A stretch of 64,000 bases of DNA from Octopus vulgaris (lineage: Eukaryota). A program made the position numbers and the translations under genes. Position 1 is the first letter of the stretch; each line of letters begins with the position of its first letter. Location of the stretch: contig OX597816.1 of the NCBI GenBank assembly GCA_951406725.2, forward strand, positions 60,512,001-60,576,000, given 5' to 3'. The notes below the pieces were generated by a model. The model was not told the origin of the DNA, did no database searches, and worked only from the letters and a program-made list of their open reading frames with translations. Positions 53,261-64,000 of the stretch are shown in pieces.

Positions 53261-54035
53261 GGCAAATCGCTACAATGTTTGGGTACCACATAAGTTGAGT
53301 GAGAAGAACATTTTGGATCGCATTTCCATCTCTGATTCGCTTTATAAACGGAATGAATACGCGCCTTTTTTAAAGCAAATTGTGACAGGTGATGAGAAAT
53401 GGATTATCTACCGAAATGTTCAGAGAAAGCGATCCTGGAGTAAGCGACATGAGCCACCCTTAGCCACTCCAAAAGCGGTTCTTCACCCTAAAAAGTCTTG
53501 CTTTGTGTCTGGTGGGATTGGAAAGGAATTCTGTACTATGAGCTTCTCCCAAGTAACCAGACAATCAATTCTGAGAAATACTGCACGCAACTGGACGAGT
53601 TAAAAACAGCAATTCAAGAGAAACATCCAGAATTGGCCAACAGGAAGGGTGTTATTTTCCAACATGATAATGCAAGACCGCACGTTTCTTTGAGAACCAG
53701 ACAAAAGTTGCTGCAGCTCGGCTGGGATGTGTTACCCCAACCTCCATTTTCACCAGATATTGCTGCTTCGGATTTCCACTTATTCAGGTCTCTGCAGAAT
53801 AGTCTTAATGGTAAAAATTTCAATTCCTTGGATGACATAAAAAGATACCTTGATGAATTCTCTGCCGTGAAATCACCTCAATTCTGGGAAAATGGTATTT
53901 TCAAGTTAAAGGAAAGATGGAGACACATTGTGCAACAAAATGGTTCATATTTGGTTGATTAAAAATGTAATGGCAAGTATTTATTGACCTTTTTCTTTCC
54001 TTTAAAAATCGGCACAAACTTTCCAGACAACCCAA
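53261..54035 (+). mobile_element. mariner 3' half with right TIR
   Basis: WVPHKL, IVTGDEKW, FQHDNARPH, FSPDIAASDFHLF; one frameshift near 53495. Confidence 0.9.
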
Positions 54036-55740
54036 TGATTGTTTAACCATCACAACTACGTTTCTGTGGTAAAGTGCTTGTATAATTTTTTTTTATTCTT
54101 ATAATTTTATTTTCTCTGTCATTATATCTAAGTGTGTGTGTCTATATATCTTTGCATGTCTGTATACGGCCGTATATGTCTATATCTCGGTGTATTTGTA
54201 TACAGCAGTGTGTATGTGTTCATGTGTGATAATACCTGCGTAGGCTCAGATGTGAATACACATATGTATGTATATAAACTTTTTTAACTCCGGCCTCCTT
54301 TCACTTATTAACATTTTATCAACGTCCTCAAGCTCTAAACCAGCAAAATTAGATACAGCACATATGAACCTACACATATATGTATACAAATTTTGACAGT
54401 GTATTTTAAATTTTACCTTCCTTTATAATTTACATGCGCATATGGTATAATTCAATTTTGTTTATTTGCTTATTCACATTTCGAAGTCTGATATTATTGT
54501 TAGTCCTGTCGTAGTCGTCGTCGTCGTAGTCTACGTTTCTGCTGCTGTTGTTGTTGTTCTGATTGTTTCTTGCAAGCAGTGTATCAGATTACACTTAATT
54601 TCTTTTTTGTTAATATTTAAATATGAAGCAAAGACTAAAGAAAAATGAGCATATATATCTGTCGTCTTCTAATGTCCCCTATGTTTCCTGTGTCCGCATA
54701 AATTTTCTTTTGCTCTTCAGAGAGAGCATTGAGATATGTCATTGATGATCATGATATTCATATTTGTGCGTGTGATTAAATGTCTTCTTTGGATGAACCA
54801 AAATTGTACTGCAACGTGGGTCTATCTTCTGTATATCTCTAGGCATGTATTTAAGAATCTCAACTTATATTCCTTTCATGCTAGAGTTTTTACTGCATTT
54901 CGAGAACAGTCACTATTTTTTGTTGATATATAAAGTGACTGCCTCGTTTATTTTATTTATTTATTTATTTATTTGTCTGTTTCTGGTCGATTTATATATT
55001 AACCACTCATGGTATAAACAACTGATATATTATACTGATATATTATCGTGTGGTTAATCATGTAACTGTCTTTCGTTCAGTGGCGGATGGCGAAGTAAAC
55101 AGTGACCGAAACGGCTAGATGTCCCGTTAGTTGTATCATTAGATGTATCGTTAGATGCCATTCCTGTTGTCCTTTCTTGTTTTTGTGTGAACCTGCATCA
55201 GTGCATAATCTCTGGTAGAAATTGTAAACGTGCGACAGATGATTGGATAAGATAGATGATCAGATAAACTACCGATTCTGTGAGTCAAAAGTTCAAATTC
55301 TCTGTTCCATTGGCTTCCATTGTTTCTGGTCAGGAATAGTGACAGGTATTCTCGTTTCTTTCAATGTTCTTGTCATTTTAGTTGTTTATATTCTGGTCTG
55401 TCCTGGTAGAGCATACCTATCTATAGTAAAACTTTTCCCAGCATGACCAATCCCACTTTTCTCCAGACGTAGTGTACTCAGAATCACACTAATCAATCTG
55501 TCTTTCCGCTTTTAAGACAGCTGTATGTCAACTGAGAGAGGTGATTTTGCTGCTAAATCTTGCAGGTCATGTAACCACATAGAGACTCCGTACTTTGCTC
55601 GTCAATGGTTTCTTGTTTTATGTAGATAGAGAGTTATTGCCATAAGAAGACAGCTAAACATGGTCCCTCAGAAGCATGAGACCAAATCTAAGCTCTAAAC
55701 TCTAAAACTCTAGATTTATAATGTAGTCGTTACTTTAAGC

Positions 55741-56108
55741 CAAGGGTTCTCAACCATTTTTTTTTTCATCTCTGGAGCCCTCTGATTACTATTTTATTCT
55801 CGTTGACCGCCATATCTATACGTTTAAAAACTAGCTTTATAGAAACGTATTTCAAAGTTCCTATAAAACTACTTTTATAGAAACTTCTTTCAAGGCTCCT
55901 ATTTAGTTTTTTAAACATTAACTTGTGTAGTTTAAATTATGTAAAATACTAGGGAAAGAAACTTAGCTGTTTCTTGCAAATCATACCCATACATACATCT
56001 AAAGCAAAATTCTTTCAGAGGCCCTTAAAATACTGTTGTGGATCCCCAATTAACTATTTTGCTATGTGGAACCCCCAAAACATTATATGGACTGGTTGAG
56101 AATCACTA
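55741..56108. mobile_element. hAT/Charlie-type MITE
   Basis: CAAGGGTTCTCAACC / GGTTGAGAATCACTA termini; flanks CTTTAAGC / CTTTAAAA. Confidence 0.65.
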
Positions 56109-56569
56109 CTTTAAAAAAACAAAGAAGCACTGAGGGAAGCACCACAGCTTATCATATGGATAATTACACGAAAAACCAGTTGTTAAAATTGTCCCCGAAC
56201 TAAATGTTTTGCTTTCTACAAGTCTATCTCCCTGCCTGTTATATTTTCAGTAATATTACAAGCATTGAGTCTGCTCCCAAGGATAATATTCATGAAGAGT
56301 TACAGTTGATGGGTTTCTTAAAAGTATCCTACGTTTCAGATATTATAGCCCATTACTAGTGCCGTGGTACTTACTCTCTCTCTCTGGTTGGAAAGGTATC
56401 GTCAGGACATTTTCACCCAGAATATAATATCCATAAATTTTCTTTTTTATTTCACTTCACATAACTCTCTTTCCCCCAATCTCTCTCTCTCTGTTGGTTT
56501 TGCTGGCATGTAGATTAGTAGTCGTTTTCTTCCTTTGAAAGGAACCATACTTTCATCCTCTGAAAGTTC

Positions 56570-56628
<59 letters not shown>

Positions 56629-58704
56629 CATACACACAACACACACACACGCACTCACGCACTCACGCGCACACACACGTACACGCGCGCGCGCACACAC
56701 ACGCATACGCGCGCGCGCACACACATACAAATTTAGTCACTCAGAGCTTGTTTACCACACAAAAGTTTAATATTTAGGGTACATGTGTTTACAAGCAATG
56801 GACCATATCTTCTTTGTTATCACTGTCCTTCTTTCACACCTATATATATTTATGGTAGTTATATAATTTCCCCTTAGAAATTTCTAAAATCATTTGAGCC
56901 AAATGTTTTTTTTTTTCTTTCTTCTTTTTCAACACTCTACCGTTCTTTGAATATCCTCCCATCAACAAATAATAAGATTGATTTGAAGGACAAAAAATGT
57001 ACTCTGTAACTTTTCCTTCTTTAGAGAAGATAACGAATTACTCCCTAATCATAAACTTCCATAAATCACTCTGAACATCAGATATCTGAATCTCACGAAC
57101 CTAAGAAAAATGAGTTCTTTATTCCGAATGTCATCTGTACTGTCACTCCCGTTCTAATTAATTTTGAAATAGTTTGGCAGGCATTTTCACAGCTAGCCAT
57201 TTCAGCTGTTCTGAATTTCAGGTATTCTCGATTCCTTCGGTAGTCTAATTATTCTAGTTGCTTATATCCTAGTCTGCTCTGAACTATACTAAGAGGTCTT
57301 GTGTATATTTGCTTAAATTAACATTCATTTTAAATCATCGACATTGCCGTCTCCATTTGCAAAGCAAAAATGATATTGTATAATTTACAAGCCTCCTTCA
57401 TGGCACAATAATCTCACCAGCCTTGAAAAGAGTTATGGGCGCTACCCTTACCTCCTCAGGTTCAGCTATATAAAAAATATTGGTCCTATTGTTCTTGTTT
57501 GGCGCCAGCTGAAAAGATTATATTTACTTTGATATTATCAGTATTTCTTATTTCTTTACTGCCTACAAGGGGCTACACAGATTTTCTTAGATGCACTTTG
57601 CGTATATTTACAAATAACTGCAATATTAAGCGAATATATTGTTATAAATTAATTACAATGCGCCTTTAAATTTTTGTTTGGTTTTACTATTCCTTTCTCT
57701 TTTTTTTTTGTTGTTTTACTGTTGTGAGTCAATGAAAAGGGTCATGCTGGTGCATTGTCTTGAAAAGTTTAATTAGTCGTATTAACCCCAGTACCTATAA
57801 AAGTTTAGTAGTCATTGTACCGATCTCTGTTTGTCGAACTGCTACGTTACAGAACATAAAGAAACACGACTTTAATACCAGTTTTAACTGCTGCAAACAT
57901 AAGCAAAATCCCGCACGCACACGCGCGCACACACATACGCACGCACACGCGCGCACACACATACGCACGCACACACACACACACAACATTTTTAATGGAT
58001 GGATCGATGGATGAATGAATGGATAGATGGACAGATATGTGTATGAGTGCATGCATGTATTTATGCATGTATGTATTTCTGTAAGGAAACCTGTTTCTGC
58101 AACTGTTAGCTGAAAAAGTATCTGGAACAGTCATAGACAAAGTGCGGCATTCGGAACTTCCTGAATGGTATGCCTAATGAAAATTTACTTGGATTTTTTT
58201 AGTAATACAGTCCACCTGATGATAAGTCATGACGCATGCGTCAAGCTTCTCTTTAAAAAAAAGGTAGCTCATGCCTGATCTAGATGTCTATTGTGGTTTA
58301 ACGTAGTGTAAATCTACACACTGACCATTTATTTCATACAGAAATGGGACATACCTACGGACTAATCTCTAATTAGTTGTAGACCATTCTCAGTGAATAA
58401 TTATCACGAGTAGACGAATGTTCTGTAATATTGGTCTCAAATTTTGGCATAAGGCCAGCAATTTCGGGGTAGATGTTTAGTCGATTGCATTGACCCAGTG
58501 CTTGACTGGTACTTATTTTATCAACCCCGAAAGACCTCGACAGAATTTGAACTCAGAACATAAAGATGGCCGAAAAGTTGCTAAGCATTTTGCCAGCACA
58601 CCACATTCAAGTGTCTCGTATTATTTATGTATGATGTTCATAGTTACTCACAAACACATTTCTCGTTTATTGTAATTTATGCAATTATGCATTGGTTTCT
58701 CGTA

Positions 58705-59972
58705 TCAGGTTGAGTAAAAAGTAAGCAACGTTTTGAACTATGAGGAATTTGTACCGGATTTTTGCAGAGATTTAAATTTTTTAAAACATTTTTGCAGTTG
58801 TCTGATAATACAGACATAGACTTGCCCAAATGCATCAATAAATTAACATTGGTATTTTTTCACCGTTGTTACAATCATCTGAAATGGAACTGACAAAGCG
58901 CGATATTCGAACAATTTTGCTATTCAACTTCAAAAAAGGACGTAAAGCAACTGAAACTGCTCGCGATATCAACGAAACGTTTGGTGAGGAAATGACCAGT
59001 GAGTGACCAGTTCGAAAATGGTTTAAACGATTTCACAGTGGGGACTTGGGCCTTGAAGATCGTGAGCGTAGCGGACGCCCATCTGTCACCGATAACGATC
59101 GATTAAAGACTGTCATTGAGAAAGATCCTCGTAAAACCACTCGAGAACTGGCAAAAGAACTTCAAGTTAGCCAGGGAACTGACTGCAACCATTTGCAGGC
59201 GATCGGAAAATCAAAAAAGCGTGACAAATTGGTACCACACGATTTGAATAAAAAGCAGAAAATGTGCAGATATAAAATTTGCACGTTGCTTCTTTTCCGT
59301 AACCAGACCGATCCATTTCTCGACCATACTGTGACTTGCAATGAAAACTGGATTCTGTTCAATAGTAAAAACCGTTCTTCGTAGTGGCTGGACGAAAATG
59401 AAGCACCGAAAAACTTCCCTAAACCCGTGCTCTTCAAAAAGAAGGTTATGGTGACTGTTTGGTGATGTACTAATGGACTCATCCACTAGAACTTCTTTAA
59501 ACCCGGAAAAGCCATTATTGCAAAAACATATTGCCATGAAATTGCCAAAATGAATGAGGAATTGCTACTCCTCCGTCCCAGACTGGTCAACCGAAGGAGC
59601 CAATCGTTCTTCATGACAATGCTCGACCACACGTTTCACTAATGACGCTCCAGAGGTTGAGGGAACTTGGCTACAAAGTTCTTCCCCATCCAGCTTATTC
59701 CCCAGACCTTTCTCCGACCGACTACCACGTTTTCAAGCACGTTGATGGTTTCCTGCGAGAGAAGGGGTTCAAAAATCATACCGATGCTGAAAGTGCGTTC
59801 ATCAGCTCCAGAACTCCAGATTTTTATGCTACCGGAATAAATAAACTTGTAACTCGTTCGCAAAAATGTGTTGATTATAATGGTACTTTGATGAATAAAA
59901 TTTCCGCATTGTTGAAATACATTATGATGAATTTCGTGCTTCAAAACGTTGCTTACTTCTCACTCAACCTGA
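58705..59972 (+). mobile_element. mariner transposon, full length, defective
   Basis: TIRs TCAGGTTGAGT..AAGTAAGCAACGTTTTGAA, TA flanks. ATG 58884; LVPHDL, HDNARPH, HPAYSPDLSPTDYHVF; multiple stops. Confidence 0.92.
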
Positions 59973-60195
59973 TACAAATGCAAGACAATAAACCTTTATA
60001 GTTATAGTCGAAGACATCGACGCATAAATTCACAGTTACTTTATTTTATTGACTACGAATAAACGAAATGTAGGTGAACCCCAGTGGGATTTAAACTCAA
60101 AACCTAAACAAACGTAACTTAATACTGCATAGAATGTAATCCACTATTGCACATATTTTACAATTCCATCGCTTTTTATTATTCATTTAGCTTAA

Positions 60196-60645
60196 AGGCA
60201 GCGAGCTGGCAGAATAGTTACTGCGCCAAGCAAAATGCTTAGCGGCGTTTCGTCCGTCATTACGTTCTGAGTTCAAATTCCGCCGAGGTCAATTTTGCCT
60301 TTTATTTTTTCGAGATCGATAAAATAAGTACCAGTTGAGCACTGGGGTTGATGTAATCCACTTACCCTTCACCCGAAATTGCTGGCCTTGTGTCAAAATT
60401 TGAAATCACTACTCATTTAACTTAAGGTAGGTACCTGGCAGACTCATTAACACGTCGGATAAAAATGCCTTCAGGCATTTCTTCTGACTCATTACATTCT
60501 GAGTTCAAATACCGCCGACGTTGACTTTGCCTTTCAGCTTTTAGAGATCGATGAAATAAATGCCAATTGAGCAGTAAGGTCGAGATACTCGATTAATCCC
60601 CTCCCTTTAACATTGCTTGCCTCGTTCCAAAATTAGAAAGAATTA
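60196..60645 (+). mobile_element. Two tandem SINE family B copies
   Basis: Heads at 60196 and ~60425. Confidence 0.8.
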
Positions 60646-61032
60646 TTCAAATAGATATAACAAAACGCCCATCTATCAAAATTTAGATTTCCTGTCACTC
60701 GCTGAAAGAAGCAACAATCTGTCACCCTACAAAACGTAAAACATTATTTACATTCAGATCAAGATCTTCAAGTTCTTAAAAAATATCGAATGAAGGAAAG
60801 AAAATGCTGTTGAAAGAAGGAAAAAAGCTATCCAATAATAATGGTGATTGAATTACAACAGGAAGTTCCGATTTCTACAGAGAATTCTTTTTCGATTTTC
60901 TTGCAAACGAAAGAAAATGTTTGCAAGTAATCCATCGTTAATTCACCTGATTTGCATACATTCATACATACATATATACATGCATGTATATTTTCAACAT
61001 ATATGTATCATTGTGTACACACACACGCACAC

Positions 61033-61162
<130 letters not shown>

Positions 61163-61443
61163 GTATGTATGTGTATATATGTGTGTGTTCGTGTGTGTGT
61201 ATGTGTGTAAATATATATATATATATGTAATAGTTGAAACCTGGCAAGCATACTGTTCAAATAATTAAACGATGATTAGTTATACTTCAGTCGATTATCA
61301 AAAGTGCACTTCGTACGGTTCGGCGAACGAATGCCATTTATTTCATATTACAAATAAAGTAAAGCAATCCATGGAATAATATTTGCGTTCACTCATATTT
61401 TCAGGCATTTTAATTTAAATCACAATCAGCTAAAATTGATATG

Positions 61444-61475
<32 letters not shown>

Positions 61476-61501
61476 TGTATGTATGTATGTATGTATGTAT
61501 G

Positions 61502-61581
<80 letters not shown>

Positions 61582-61728
61582 CAGGGAAAAAATCAGATTT
61601 AGGATTAAATCCAATTTTATAGTAAAATATTATATAATATTAATTCGAGACAAAACCACTATTTTGCAAAACAAACAAGGAAAGACTTAATCAATACATA
61701 AACATTTTTAATATAAAGAAATAAACCG

Positions 61729-61771
61729 CCACTACAATCGTTTCATGTCTTCAATGACATTCGTCAGGTGG
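61729..61771 (-). ncRNA. Minimal type I HHR with canonical core
   Basis: CCAC-CTGACGA-ATGTC attgaa GACAT-GAAAC gatt GTA-GTGG. Confidence 0.82.
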
Positions 61772-62027
61772 ATTTTCGATCTAAAATATCAATATATTAA
61801 AATATAAGTTTAAAATAATAAAATTATCAATGAAAAATATAAATATATATAATCTATATATAATCTATATATAATCTATATATAATCAATATATAATCTA
61901 AAATAAACCCTATAAACAATTGAATATAAAGAAACCTATTATTAAAGTTCTCATATTTAAAGATGTACAAAAAACAAAAAACAAAAAACAAAAAACAAAA
62001 ACAAAAACAAAAAACAAAAAACAAAAC

Positions 62028-62070
<43 letters not shown>

Positions 62071-62512
62071 TGTATATAGGTGAGAGAGTCGGTATGTGAA
62101 AGCACATGATTGGATGTATAAAAGACAAAATAGAGTGAAAAAAACTGCAGAAGCCTTGTGTTATATGGCTAAAGAATATATTTAAATCGTTATGTTAGGA
62201 AAATGTTATGAAATTTTGCGTAATGTAATATTGTTTTTGGAGAAATAACCGGTTTCGTGCTTTCTTTTCAAATTTCTCAAATTTCTTTACCGATATTCTG
62301 TCAACTCTTTGCTATGAAGTAAAGTATGAGAGTTCTAGACTGGGGAAGGTAATCAAGGATTTTTTCGGTATAAGGGAGTTAATAAAAAATGTTGGGAATG
62401 ACTAGGTTTTATTAATTTAATATGATTTGGTTTATAAAGAATAGAATGTTAGAAGTGGTTAAGTTTTGCTTTACATTTTTTCAATGAGGTAAGTTTCCTT
62501 ATTTAAAATTGC

Positions 62513-62828
62513 TAGAAATGGTTAAGTTTTGGCTTATATTTTTCAATGAAGTAGGTTTACTTATTTAATCTAACTTGTGTTAGTGTTCCAATGGCACATT
62601 GATAAAATGGAAAGATTTCAAATCGTGGTAGCAGTTGCTTTGTGCATTTCTCAATGTGTTCACTAAAGGGTATCATTCTGTATTCTGGGAATGCAATCTG
62701 CTGTCGGTGCAGAATGCATCTGCGTCTGAGGGATAATCCCGTAGACCCTATGTAGTTTTGGTGGCAGCCCAAGCATCTTATAACATAAACCAGGTTTTCT
62801 GAGGCACAAGTAAAGTCAGATTTGATTT
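62513..62828 (-). pseudogene. PLE GIY-YIG endonuclease domain
   Basis: KIKSDFTCASENLVYVIRCLGCHQNYIGSTG..LRRR..LH....SEH...NK*TYFIEKYKPKLN. C-C-H-H motif present; the conserved Glu codon is now a stop. Confidence 0.88.
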
Positions 62829-63144
62829 TTGGAAATTACAAAGAGGGATAAAAATTCAAAATCAAATCTGACTTTACTCTCATACAAGCAACATGTACTT
62901 AAAACGCCTTAAGAAAATACGAAAATGCAATATTTTCAACAATTTTAATATCATGATTAGCGAAACGCAAGGTCCGTAGATTATCATAATATTCTGTCCT
63001 TTAAAATATATTAAATATATATAAACTGTGTGCATTTTCTTTCTCTTGAAATATATATAATATATATTTTTTTCACTAGAACTCACCAAGTAGGGGAAAA
63101 TCTCTTCAACGAAATTATTTTTACTCTCTCTCTTTCTCTCTCTC

Positions 63145-63187
<43 letters not shown>

Positions 63188-63192
63188 ATCTA

Positions 63193-63231
<39 letters not shown>

Positions 63232-63233
63232 AA

Positions 63234-63265
<32 letters not shown>

Positions 63266-63268
<3 letters not shown>

Positions 63269-63562
63269 GAGGCGCAATGGCCCAGTGGTTAGGATCGCGG
63301 TTTCGATTCCCAGACCGGGCGTTGTGAGTGTTTATTGAGCGAAAACACCTAAAAAGCTCCACAAGGCTCCGGCAGGGTATGGTGATCACTGCTGTACTCT
63401 TTCACCACTCTTTCTCCCCCTCTTTCTTCTGTTGGCCTGCTCGCTTAGCCAGCGGGGTGGCGTCATTCGAAGGCTTAAACAATGCGAACGCATTATGACC
63501 AGCGATGTACATACATACATCACGTGATCACGTGACCACGTGACCGACCAGACCATCAGATG
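63266..63562 (+). mobile_element. SINE family C with deleted anticodon arm and inverted 3' end
   Basis: Compared with the copies at 19110 and 31113. Confidence 0.85.
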
Positions 63563-63585
63563 GTCTCTCTCTCTCTCTCTCTCTA

Positions 63586-63679
<94 letters not shown>

Positions 63680-64000
63680 TAACAACATCGCCTCGTCTGA
63701 CGTGCATATCACCAAGATGGTAGCGATGTGCAGGCGAATGGTCGGATGGATTCTGAGGACCTCCAGAATAAGGTACTGGAAAACTATGCTGGTTCTATAT
63801 ATCAGTACTGCTCTCAACTGTGGTCACTCCACAGTGTCAAATTAATAGCGGAACTTGAGACAATTCAGCAGTACTACACCATGAAGATTGCATCAATGGA
63901 ATATCTGAGCTACTGAGAGAGAGACTTAAAGAGTTACGACTCTCCTCTCCTTGAGCGAAGACGGGAGAAAAATGCAGTGATATACGTATGGAAGATCCTG
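63680..64000 (+). mobile_element. CR1-type LINE ORF2 fragment, runs off the window
   Basis: GWILRT, YCSQLWS, ELETIQ, LSY*ERLKELRLSSLERRRE...YVWKIL. Confidence 0.85.

Larger units (their letters stand above)
61579..62878 (-). mobile_element. 5'-truncated Penelope-like element: GIY-YIG endonuclease plus 3' region with HHR, ending in (TA)n
   Basis: EN remnant, HHR on the same strand downstream, fold-back at the 5' end. Confidence 0.8.

Noticed and set aside
55080-55128. GTGACCGAAACGGCTAGATGTC, and a similar GAAACGCAAGGTC at ~62962, resembling HHR 3' halves
   Set aside because: No matching CTGANGA or stem I upstream.

Overview
AT-rich, microsatellite-dense animal genomic DNA with no recognisable host exon. 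The SINE families and (TA)n/(TACA)n/(GATA)n load suggest an octopus, which is an inference. Almost all of it is transposon debris: three tRNA-type SINE families, mariner, hAT, Merlin-type and Tigger-type DNA elements, a Helitron Rep fossil, and RTE, CR1 and R4/Dong LINE fragments. There is one nearly intact 3.7-kb Hero-type RLE retrotransposon (a single ~1098-codon frame with two point stops) and a Penelope-like (PLE) GIY-YIG remnant. The main signal is absent from the ORF track: about ten type I hammerhead ribozyme (HHR) motifs in at least five non-coding repeat families, nearly all inside (TA)n arrays. Three occur as tandem and/or inverted, circularly permuted units of ~494, ~359 and ~353 bp, and the last two are diverged homologues with a covarying extended stem I. 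This looks like a retrozyme-like, probably PLE-mobilised, possibly circular RNA system. All structures were paired by eye; nothing was computed or searched.
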